64,000 nucleotides of DNA from Saccharofermentans sp. (GTDB taxonomy: Bacteria > Bacillota > Clostridia > Saccharofermentanales > Saccharofermentanaceae), in assembly GCA_024403675.1 (NCBI GenBank), contig JAKSRH010000006.1, forward strand, positions 24,111 through 88,110. Direction: 5' to 3'. Position numbers and translations under genes: made by a program. Shown one piece after another: positions 39,512-47,883 of this stretch. The notes below the pieces were generated by a model. That model had not been told where the DNA came from. It saw nothing but the letters and a program-made list of their open reading frames with translations, and ran no database searches. The number at the start of each line of letters is the position of its first letter. Position 1 is the first letter of the stretch.

Positions 39512-40204
39512 ATGGTAAATATAATATGCGGTATTATAGGACTTATTTTAGTTTTTGCAGCAGTGGTTTTTGTAGGAATATCTTTTAAAGCAAAAACAAG
39601 AAGCAAAAGTGTTTTGTTTTCTGTACTTTCTTGGGTACTTTATATTGTTTCTATATTTTTAATTATTGAGTGTTTTTCTACAAAAGAAATTAGTGTAGAT
39701 GCTTACAATCAGTATAGAAATATTCAATCAATTTCTAGTTTTGTTTCTATTATTGGTTATTTTGGAACCATCATCACTATTGTTCTAGGAATTGTGTTAG
39801 GAAAAACAAAAGCAAAAATTCCTGTTCGCATGTTAATCGTTTTTTTTCTTTTTGTGACTTTTTCTGGGTTTCTTTATAACTTGGAATCATATATTGGATT
39901 GTCCCGCATTAGTGAATCAGAGGAAAACACAGTAACTTATACTAGAACCGAATTAGTAGTTATTGAAAAAGATACAGAGTATTATATTTCTGATTTTGTA
40001 GATATTAATAACTCATCAGATTATTTTATCAGCACAGTTTATTGGAGCAATGACAGCGATAAGTATGCAGATATTGATTTAGATGTGGACAATAATTCAT
40101 TTCATGTAAATGAAGATCGTGGAATTCTAACAATTTGCATTGCTATTCGTCGCCCTATTACCCCAGGCACCATTCCTGTAACTTGTAATGTTGAAGTTGA
40201 GTAA
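39512..40204 (+). CDS. Hypothetical membrane protein
   Basis: About 4 TM helices plus beta-rich C-terminus; upstream TTGACT-17-TATCCT (39438-39466) and ggag RBS. Confidence 0.65.
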   Translation: MVNIICGIIGLILVFAAVVFVGISFKAKTRSKSVLFSVLSWVLYIVSIFLIIECFSTKEISVDAYNQYRNIQSISSFVSIIGYFGTIITIVLGIVLGKTKAKIPVRMLIVFFLFVTFSGFLYNLESYIGLSRISESEENTVTYTRTELVVIEKDTEYYISDFVDINNSSDYFISTVYWSNDSDKYADIDLDVDNNSFHVNEDRGILTICIAIRRPITPGTIPVTCNVEVE

Positions 40205-40238
40205 GGAAACTACTGATTAATGTTGTTTTGCTTGGTGA

Positions 40239-40322
40239 TTTCGGGCGGATTTGGTGTGATAGCCGTTTTCACCCGAAATCCATTTCGGGTGGATTAGAGG
40301 ATAAAGCCATTTTCACCCGAAA
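40239..40322. repeat. Doublet of 40-bp inverted-repeat units (copy 1)
   Basis: 40239-40278 and 40283-40322, each TTTCGGG...TTTTCACCCGAAA, 4-bp gap. Confidence 0.9.
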
Positions 40323-40330
40323 AGTCTTGT

Positions 40331-40479
40331 TTATCTGGGTTTATAAAGGTGGCATCTTCCTTGTGGGCAATATGGAATTATTGGTTTATACAAATGAGGA
40401 TTCTGACGAGGCAAGAAACACGACAAACGAAGTCTTACCTGAACTTGGATTCCCAAATTCTTTTAGCTCTTCTAAATAA
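40331..40479 (+). pseudogene. 3' remnant of a hypothetical gene
   Basis: Reads GGIFLVGNMELLVYT...EVLPELGFP..* with no credible RBS or start; resembles the remnant at 43794-43895. Confidence 0.45.
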
Positions 40480-40498
40480 TAGAAAGCACGATATTCGG

Positions 40499-40876
40499 TT
40501 ACTTTAAATAAGCTTTCTTTAGTAATTCAAACGTTCCTTCGCTGATATCATGCTCTATGCGGCAGGCTTCTTCTTCTGCAACGCCTGCTTCTACTCCAAG
40601 CTTGATTAGCCAATCTTTGAGAAGGGTGTGTCTTTCCAGAACGCTTTCAGCTCGAGATAATCCAGCTCCAGTTAATGCGATATATCCAGTATCGGTTACA
40701 GTGATAAGTTCTTTCTCGCGAAGACTTTTCATGGCAATACTAACACTGGCCTTTGTATAACCCAGCTCGTTTGCAATATCGATAGAACGAATATTACCCT
40801 TTTGTCTCTGAAGAAGAAGAATTGTCTCGAGGTAGTCTTCCATTGACTCTTCAGATTTGTGTTTAATATAGTTCAT
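40499..40876 (-). CDS. DtxR/MntR-family metal-dependent regulator
   Basis: SMEDYLETI, RSIDIA.ELG..KASVS, EEEACRIEHDIS; divergent from feoAB. Confidence 0.92.
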   Translation of the reverse strand: MNYIKHKSEESMEDYLETILLLQRQKGNIRSIDIANELGYTKASVSIAMKSLREKELITVTDTGYIALTGAGLSRAESVLERHTLLKDWLIKLGVEAGVAEEEACRIEHDISEGTFELLKKAYLK

Positions 40877-40952
40877 ATACCCACCCTTATGTGTTAATAA
40901 AATCAACTATAACATTTATAAAAAGCTATCGCAAATTATTGGGATTTTTGTT

Positions 40953-41013
40953 GGTTAGTGTTGACAAACTTGGTTAGTTATATTAAACTTCGTCACAGTT
41001 AGAGAAAACTAAC
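40953..41013 (+). promoter_or_regulatory. feo promoter with GTTAG-N6-CTAAC operator-like boxes
   Basis: TTGACA 40961-40966, 17 bp, TAAACT 40984-40989; perfect box gttagagaaaactaac 40998-41013; degenerate boxes overlapping -35 and -10. Confidence 0.75.
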
Positions 41014-41044
41014 CGACTACTAATAGTGAACGGAGGTGTTTCTT

Positions 41045-41263
41045 ATGAGGTTAATAGATGCTAATCATGGAACAGATTATGTTGTTAAAAGAATTCATAC
41101 TGATGATGAGGAGTTGGTGAGCTTCCTCTTTTCGCTTGGATGTTATGTTGGTGAGGCTATTACAGTTGTTTCAAACACAAGAAGTGGATATGTACTCTCT
41201 ATAAAAGATGCTAGATATAATGTTGATTCAGATTTGGTAAGAGCTATAGAGGTGGAGGGATAA
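41045..41263 (+). CDS. feoA: Ferrous iron transport protein A
   Basis: 72 aa, FLFSLG...GE.ITVV...IKDARY; upstream of feoB. Confidence 0.88.
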   Translation: MRLIDANHGTDYVVKRIHTDDEELVSFLFSLGCYVGEAITVVSNTRSGYVLSIKDARYNVDSDLVRAIEVEG

Positions 41264-41279
41264 AATTTTTTGCGCATAA

Positions 41280-41295
41280 GTTAGTTAATACTAAC
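41280..41295. promoter_or_regulatory. Second DtxR-type operator-like box before feoB
   Basis: gttagttaatactaac; same AGTTAG-N6-CTAACCG context as the box at 40998. Confidence 0.7.
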
Positions 41296-41322
41296 CGCTA
41301 ACAAATAAAAAGGAGAATTGTT

Positions 41323-43317
41323 ATGAGAATCGCACTTACTGGAAATCCAAACAGTGGAAAAACCACAATGTACAATGCACTCACTGGCCGTAATGAAAAG
41401 ATTGGTAACTGGGCAGGTGTTACGGTTGATAGAAAAGAAAGCCCTATTAAGAAAGCCTATTATAGTGGCGAGAAGGAAGTAATCGCTGTAGATCTTCCTG
41501 GTGCTTATTCCATGTCACCATTTACTTCAGAGGAAAGCATTACAAGCGGTTACGTAAAGAATGAAAATCCAGATGTAATTATAAATATTGTAGATGCGAC
41601 TAATCTTAGTAGAAGTTTGTTTTTTACTACTCAGCTTCTTGAACTTGGTATTCCAGTAGTTATTGCGCTTAATAAAAGTGACATCAACGAGAAAAAGGGA
41701 ACAAAGATTCAGGTGGATAAGCTTTCTCAAAAGTTAGGTTGTCCAGTAGTTGAGACTATATCAACTTCTACAAGTGGACTTAATCAGGTAGTTTCTAAGG
41801 CAGTAGAGATAGCAGGTAGTAATCAGAAAGCTCCTTATTCCCAGGGTAAGGTAGATTTACATAGTAAAACAGAAGTTGAAGCTGCTGACAGAAAGAGATT
41901 CGAGTTTGTAAATGGCATTGTAAAGGAAGTAGAGACAAGAAAAGTTCTCACAAAGGAAAAGAATAAGGGTGATAAGATTGATGCCGTTCTTACACACCCA
42001 GTGCTTGGTCTTATTATTTTCGCAGTAATTATGTTCCTCGTTTTCTATATATCTCAGTCTACTGTAGGAACATGGATTGCAGACTGGCTTGTAGGCTGGA
42101 TTGAAACATTCCAGGAGTGGGTTGGAAGTAAAATGGAAAATGCAAATCCACTTCTCTACGCACTTCTTGTAGATGGAATTATCGGTGGTGTTGGTGCAGT
42201 AGTTGGATTCCTCCCTCTCGTAATGGTTATGTACTTCCTTATCGCACTTCTTGAGGATTGCGGTTACATGTCCAGAGCAACTGTTGTACTTGATCCTATC
42301 TTTAAGAGGGTTGGTCTTAGTGGAAAATCTGTAATCCCAATGATTATTGGTACTGGTTGTGGTATTCCTGCTATTATGGCATGTCGTACAATTCGTAATG
42401 AGCGTGAAAGAAGAACTTCTGCAATGCTTGCCACATATATGCCATGTGGTGCAAAGCTTCCTGTTATTGCCCTTTTCGCTGGTGCCTTTTTCTCTGACGC
42501 CGCATGGGTTGGACCGCTTATGTACTTTGTAGGTATCATCCTTATTCTTCTTGGCGCACTTCTCGTAAAAGCAATTAACGGTATGAAATATCGTAAGTCT
42601 TTCTTCATCATTGAGATGCCAGAATATAAGGTGCCAAGTCTTAAGTTCGCATTTGGTTCCATGTTGGAGCGTGGTAAGGCTTATATTATTAAAGCAGGTA
42701 CAATCATCCTTGTTTGTAATACAGTAGTTCAGATTATGCAGTCCTTTGATACACATTTTAATGTGGTAGAAGAGGGTATGGAGAGTACATCAATCCTGGC
42801 AACAATTTCAAACCCTTTCGCATACTTATTAATACCAGTTGTAGGATTCGCCGCATGGCAGTTAGCTGCTGCAGCAATTACAGGATTTATCGCCAAGGAA
42901 AACGTAGTAGGAACACTCGCAGTCTGTTATGCAATTACTAACTTTATTGACACAGAAGAGCTTGAGCTCGTATCCGGTGGAAGTGAAGTTGCGGTAATAA
43001 TGGGACTTACCAAAGTGGCAGCACTTGCATACCTTATGTTCAATCTTTACACACCTCCTTGTTTTGCAGCCATTGGAGCTCTTAACTCAGAGCTTAAGAG
43101 TGGCAAATGGCTCGCAGGGGCAATCTGCTTACAGCTCGCAACAGGATTTACAGTTGGTTTCCTCGTATACCAGATTGGTACTTTGATTACTACAGGACAC
43201 CTCGGAGCAGGATTTGTTGGTGGTTTGATTGCAGTACTCGTATTTGCTGGAATAATAACTGGTCTAATAGTAAAAGCAAATAAACAGATTGATGTAGATT
43301 ACGCATTAAACAATTAA
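41323..43317 (+). CDS. feoB: Ferrous iron transport protein B
   Basis: GNPNSGKT, GNWAGVTV, DLPGAYS, NKSD, LEDCGYM.R, AKENVVG, PPCFA. Confidence 0.96.
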   Translation: MRIALTGNPNSGKTTMYNALTGRNEKIGNWAGVTVDRKESPIKKAYYSGEKEVIAVDLPGAYSMSPFTSEESITSGYVKNENPDVIINIVDATNLSRSLFFTTQLLELGIPVVIALNKSDINEKKGTKIQVDKLSQKLGCPVVETISTSTSGLNQVVSKAVEIAGSNQKAPYSQGKVDLHSKTEVEAADRKRFEFVNGIVKEVETRKVLTKEKNKGDKIDAVLTHPVLGLIIFAVIMFLVFYISQSTVGTWIADWLVGWIETFQEWVGSKMENANPLLYALLVDGIIGGVGAVVGFLPLVMVMYFLIALLEDCGYMSRATVVLDPIFKRVGLSGKSVIPMIIGTGCGIPAIMACRTIRNERERRTSAMLATYMPCGAKLPVIALFAGAFFSDAAWVGPLMYFVGIILILLGALLVKAINGMKYRKSFFIIEMPEYKVPSLKFAFGSMLERGKAYIIKAGTIILVCNTVVQIMQSFDTHFNVVEEGMESTSILATISNPFAYLLIPVVGFAAWQLAAAAITGFIAKENVVGTLAVCYAITNFIDTEELELVSGGSEVAVIMGLTKVAALAYLMFNLYTPPCFAAIGALNSELKSGKWLAGAICLQLATGFTVGFLVYQIGTLITTGHLGAGFVGGLIAVLVFAGIITGLIVKANKQIDVDYALNN

Positions 43318-43399
43318 ATATATGAATACATAAGCCGTGTTAGGAGTCATCCAGAAGTGGGTGACTCTTAATGCAATCTAAAAAACAGGAGACAAGACC

Positions 43400-43549
43400 A
43401 TGGAAAATATTATTATAGTAGTGATACTTATTGCTGCAGTCGGAGGCGCTAGTTACTATATCTGGAAATCAAAGAAAAGAGGGCAGAAGTGTATTGGATG
43501 TCCTTATTCTGGATGCGAGAAGTGTAAGTGCAAGAAGCTTGATAATTAG
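43400..43549 (+). CDS. FeoB-associated Cys-rich small membrane protein (absent from the ORF track)
   Basis: aggag RBS; MENIIIVVILIAAVGGASYYIWKSKKRGQKCIGCPYSGCEKCKCKKLDN. Confidence 0.85.
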   Translation: MENIIIVVILIAAVGGASYYIWKSKKRGQKCIGCPYSGCEKCKCKKLDN

Positions 43550-43560
43550 CTGGAGTTTAT

Positions 43561-43812
43561 ATGAAGTTTGTAGGAATCAGGAGAGTATTTTCTACTCTTA
43601 ACGAAGAACAATATACGACTATTGGAATGTTTTGGGATGAGATGTCGGAGCTTTATGGTCGAGAAAATCTTATGGGGCTAGGATGTAATTGGGGAAAAGA
43701 CTCAATAGAATATGTGATGGCACTTAAGAGCGGTAATATTGCAGACGCTAATTATGAGATTGATTTGCCGGATGAATGGATTAGCGTGAGTGGTACCAAG
43801 GAAATAGTGTAG
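43561..43812 (+). pseudogene. Probably truncated GyrI-like/effector-binding protein
   Basis: ggag RBS, IGMFWDE..., EIDLPDEW; ends abruptly where an out-of-frame remnant of another gene begins. Confidence 0.5.
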
Positions 43813-43895
43813 TCGTTGTTATAACCCATGATGGTGCTAACGCTAGAATTTATGCAAGCAATCTCTTGGATGAGCTTAATTTACCTAGAATATAA
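43794..43895 (+). pseudogene. 3' remnant of a hypothetical gene
   Basis: YQGNSVVVVITHDGANARIYASNLLDELNLPRI*, no start; stop codon abuts repeat copy 2. Confidence 0.4.
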
Positions 43896-43979
43896 TTTCG
43901 GGTGAATTTAGGGTGTTAGCTGTTTTGACCCGAAAACAATTTCGGGCGGATTAAGCGTTTCTTGTATTTTCACCCGAAA
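43896..43979. repeat. Doublet of 40-bp inverted-repeat units (copy 2)
   Basis: 43896-43935 and 43940-43979, TTTCGGG...CCCGAAA, 4-bp gap acaa. Confidence 0.9.
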
Positions 43980-44054
43980 AATCACATTAATCCGTGTATA
44001 TTGGATTGCCTTTTTATTAGTTATAGGAAGTTTTTAGTACTAAATAACAACTTG

Positions 44055-44138
44055 TTTCGGGCGATTTTTGCTCAGAGACCGTTTTGACCCGAAAACAATT
44101 TCGGGTCAAAACACCCTTAACAGCATTTTGACCCGAAA
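44055..44138. repeat. Doublet of 40-bp inverted-repeat units (copy 3)
   Basis: 44055-44094 and 44099-44138; central perfect IR gttttgacccgaaa-acaa-tttcgggtcaaaac. Confidence 0.9.
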
Positions 44139-44241
44139 CGGTAGTTTTCTCTTTTGTGTCTGTATTTCTTCAATTAGAAATCACCAGAATTATCGTTTCT
44201 CTAATTAATTCATTAACAAATGCATTTAATTCAGCTTCTGA

Positions 44242-44271
44242 TTTAAAGTGGTTGAATTCAACCACTTTAAA
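44242..44271. repeat. Perfect 30-bp palindrome
   Basis: tttaaagtggttgaattcaaccactttaaa is its own reverse complement. Confidence 0.9.
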
Positions 44272-44438
44272 ATTGAGATTGTAAATTTGTTCACATGTGC
44301 CTAGAAACTCCAAGGTGTTTATATTACGCAACCAATTCTTAATTACATCGGTTGCTCTCGAATTATTGCTTTACTAGTACTCAGCCTTAATTAATTTCAA
44401 AGAAGATCTATTTACAGACTTTTATTCACACACTCGAT

Positions 44439-44918
44439 TTAAATATCTATCATTTCCATGGACTTGCAGCCGGTAAACTTCTCACCCAAATGATTTGCCC
44501 ACTTCTCAGCATAAAACGAGAAATACGACTGACCAGGCTTTTTGAACATGCCCCAAATGACACTCGGTATTCCTACGATCACAAAATATAAAGGTCCCAG
44601 CAACAAAGACTGATACGTATGACCATATTCATGAACCAGAAGCCTGTCTCGAATCTCATCTTCACTGAAATGATATTTATCAGCATTATAGAATCTTGCT
44701 TTGGGCGGAATAAAAACAAACATACCGAGGGAAATACCGTAGGGTCTTTTCCAGAATGTGGCAATAGCGCCTTTGTAGAACACATGCTTTTCGCGCATGC
44801 TGATAAGGAACATGACAAGACCTGCAAGTGTCTGAATGTTCCCCCATGTCCACTGAAGGATAATGTACGGCAAATACTTAATATTCAATGTGTTCCTTCC
44901 TGATGCATGTTCCGCCAA
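44439..44918 (-). CDS. Small membrane protein with HExxH (zincin-like) motif
   Basis: QWTWG..Q, GISLG.F.F, LLVHEYGHTYQS, EKWANHLG; start uncertain. Confidence 0.7.
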   Translation of the reverse strand: MAEHASGRNTLNIKYLPYIILQWTWGNIQTLAGLVMFLISMREKHVFYKGAIATFWKRPYGISLGMFVFIPPKARFYNADKYHFSEDEIRDRLLVHEYGHTYQSLLLGPLYFVIVGIPSVIWGMFKKPGQSYFSFYAEKWANHLGEKFTGCKSMEMIDI

Positions 44919-45237
44919 GAATCATTATACCAATAACGCTTTTGATTGTTTCTCGTGTCAACACTCGAGAAAACTGTTGATTACCTTCTATCCCATTTAA
45001 ATAATCTATTTCATTAATCATAAGCTGTTATCGTCCATTTTTCTGATGATTTTCACGACTATGAATGCTTACTTAGCCGTATACCAGTATTATATCAGTA
45101 AATGTCTATAATTCGTGCTTTTTATGCTTGTCCTCAAAAAGGAGGCTCTATGAGTTGAATGACCCACCAAAAATGGTGCATCGTTCAACTAAATCATTTT
45201 ATAGTATCCATTTTATCAGTTTAATAATCCTGAGTAT

Positions 45238-46176
45238 TTGTTGGATCTTTCTGACTTTATTGATAACGATTTGAGTGGAGAACATCTCTTTGAGAATGTT
45301 ATTAACGCTTCAAGGAGTAATGGTCATGTGTATCAACTTCCAACATCATTTTATATAGTTGGAATTATTGCAGAATCAGAGAACATACAGAACCAATCAG
45401 GTTTTACATTTGCTAACTACATAAACTATGTAGATACAGTTTGTAACGGTAATAATCCACTGTCTATTGAAAATGACAGAATAACGGTTTTGAGTGACTT
45501 CCTTGCTTCGAATCCAAGTGCATATCTCGATAAACATGGAAACATCAATTTTGATACAGCTATGTTTACTGATATTGCAGAATACTGTTGTGACAATATC
45601 GCAGAGAATCCTACAAATGTTTATAATTCAAGCAATGGAAATCCATATATGAATAATTATTCGGCATTGCAGACATTTGAGCACTATATGCAAATGAAGC
45701 GTGGATATTTTGATTTTGGTATCTATGGTCTTCCTTCTAATAATGTCAGTGGCCCTTCAATTTCGGCTAACGGTTCAATTGGAATAGCTGCTTGTGCTGG
45801 AGATATTGATGGTGCCAAATCATTCGTTAAGTTTATTCTTACAACACCAGAGATATATCAAAATAGTAATTCCATAGTTTTATCTGAAGATATAACTCGT
45901 AGCATTGCGACTACATACCTAAATTGGAACAATGAAATGTATAGTACTGCAGATGACATTGAACGCAATATGTCTGTCTTTGAATATGATGAAAGTCTTA
46001 TCGATGACTATGTGAATCTTATAAAAACAGCTGATAGTGTTCTTTCAATTGATCCCAATATATTAGTTATTGTGCGTGAAGAAATGCCAGTCTACTTTGC
46101 AGGACAAAAATCTCTACATGCTGTTATCTTAATAATCAATGATCGAGCACAGACTGTAGTTGATGAATATAATTAA
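45238..46176 (+). pseudogene. C-terminal part of an extracellular solute-binding protein (5' truncated)
   Basis: LLDLSDFI, GHVYQLPTSF, GAKSFVKF, EEMPVYFAGQKS...INDRAQTVVDE; no signal peptide or RBS. Confidence 0.6.
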
Positions 46177-46181
46177 AATCA

Positions 46182-47804
46182 CTATATCATCTTAAAATAC
46201 TTTAGTGCCTCTACGATAGCTTTTTCTTTATGTTCAGGACACTTAGGTTGTCTGCTGTCATCTGACTTTGGTAGGTTATAGCAATCTCTTTCTATAATTC
46301 CATATTTCTGCTTAACCTGTGCTATGTAAAGTGAGCTTACCTTTAATCCAGTGTGTTCCTTAACATATTCCTTAATATCTGAGTAGGTAGCCTTAGCTTC
46401 AGCTTCTGTAAGGTCAAATTCGGTGAGTTTAACTCGCATTTCCATCTTTGGAGCTTCAGAAAGTTGCGACAAAAGGCATACCGTCTCCACATGTGAAGTT
46501 TGTGGAAACATGTCTACTGGTGTTACTGAAGTGATTTTATATTTACCACTAGTGGTGATTTGGAGTAAATCTCTGGCCATAGTGGCTGGGTCGCAGGAAA
46601 CATAGTTGATGTATTCAGGTTCCAACTTTAAGAGATGATTAATAAAGCCTGGGTTCATGCCTTGACGAGGTGGATCAACTATAGCTGCGATAGGTGGCAT
46701 TAGTTTTTCTTCGTTGAAATTGAATTTTTCTGCAGGACGGCAAATAAACTTGGCGTTGGTTACACCTGAAAGAGAGGCGTTAATTTTGGCAGAAGCTACT
46801 GCTTCTGACACGCATTCGACACCTAGTAACTGCTGTCCATCTCTTAATACGGACAAACCAATAGATCCTGTGCCACAGTAGATGTCACAGATAGACTTTG
46901 CGTTGGAAATGGAAGTGCTTGCAAGGTTATATAACTTTTCTGCCTGTGGGATATTCACTTGAAAAAAAGCACCTGCTTTAATTCTGAAGACTTTGCCACA
47001 CAGATGTTCTGTGTAATAGTCATCTCCCCAGATGGTCACACGCTTACCACCTCGGGTTCTCTTTTCTACACTTCCTCGGCTCATTCTTAGGGTAATACCA
47101 GTTAGTTTGTAGTCACCTATAACATCAGTTATAGCTTTAACCCCCTCGCAAGCTTCAAGGTAACGTGACACCGCAGAGATTATTCTTTCGTGAGTTTCCT
47201 CCAAATCTGAGACGAGCTCAACAAGTATTTCCTTTGTTCGTTCGGAGCCTCTTAATACAAGCCCGGAGAAAAGGGTAGTAGGTGCGTTATTAAAAATATT
47301 TTCAAAAGCCTCTCGTATAGATGCAAATACCTTGTATTCAAGAGGACAATTGGTAGCAGGCACAGGCGTGTTTGATCCCTCGAGTGTGAGGCAAATATTA
47401 CCATCTGCAATTTTGTACTGCATATGATTGCGATAATTAGCTGTTAAATCTGATGGGACAGTGTCGTTTATGCAATCGTCAATGATAGAGGAGTCGAGTT
47501 TGCCAATTCTAGTGAGACAATCACGAACTTTTGCCTTTTTATAGTTGAGTTGTTCCTGATAGGATAAATGCACGAGGTTACAGCCAGGTATTTTGGTGCC
47601 AAATGGTAACTCACGCTTGGAAGAAGCACATAGGAGGTTAGTGCATTTGCCTTCAGCAAAGCGAGAAGCCTCTTTGGTAATCTCTACTTCACATGTCTCT
47701 TCTGGGAGTACTTCGGGGATGAAAATTTTCTTGCCTGAAGGGAGTGTCGCTATACCGCGGCCCTCGTTATCAAGTGACTCGATTGTTAGTCTTAAGGTTT
47801 CCAT
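46182..47804 (-). CDS. rlmD: 23S rRNA (uracil-5-)-methyltransferase RlmD/RumA paralogue 1 with C-terminal extension
   Basis: TRAM domain, FFQVN, DIYCGTG, DPPR, YVSCDPATMARD, DMFPQTSHVE; Fe-S cysteines degenerate. Confidence 0.88.
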   Translation of the reverse strand: METLRLTIESLDNEGRGIATLPSGKKIFIPEVLPEETCEVEITKEASRFAEGKCTNLLCASSKRELPFGTKIPGCNLVHLSYQEQLNYKKAKVRDCLTRIGKLDSSIIDDCINDTVPSDLTANYRNHMQYKIADGNICLTLEGSNTPVPATNCPLEYKVFASIREAFENIFNNAPTTLFSGLVLRGSERTKEILVELVSDLEETHERIISAVSRYLEACEGVKAITDVIGDYKLTGITLRMSRGSVEKRTRGGKRVTIWGDDYYTEHLCGKVFRIKAGAFFQVNIPQAEKLYNLASTSISNAKSICDIYCGTGSIGLSVLRDGQQLLGVECVSEAVASAKINASLSGVTNAKFICRPAEKFNFNEEKLMPPIAAIVDPPRQGMNPGFINHLLKLEPEYINYVSCDPATMARDLLQITTSGKYKITSVTPVDMFPQTSHVETVCLLSQLSEAPKMEMRVKLTEFDLTEAEAKATYSDIKEYVKEHTGLKVSSLYIAQVKQKYGIIERDCYNLPKSDDSRQPKCPEHKEKAIVEALKYFKMI

Positions 47805-47883
47805 CTTAAGAAAGATTTTAACACTTATAGGACTATAAGCGTATAATGTTAAAATATATAACTATGATTTATAGAGGAAATGC

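Noticed and set aside
40228-40479. 83-aa ORF as an intact gene
   Set aside because: TTG start without RBS, and the first third is read through the repeat doublet; only the 3' part looks like a remnant
40239-44138. CRISPR interpretation of the palindromic repeats
   Set aside because: Only two units per locus, variable part about 14 bp (too short for spacers), degenerate repeats, no cas genes or leader
44285-44440. Candidate attR for an element in rlmD paralogue 1 (cacatgtg at ~44292; minus-strand IECV-like codons at ~44430)
   Set aside because: Matches are 10 bp or less and do not restore an rlmD-like 3' end; compatible with chance
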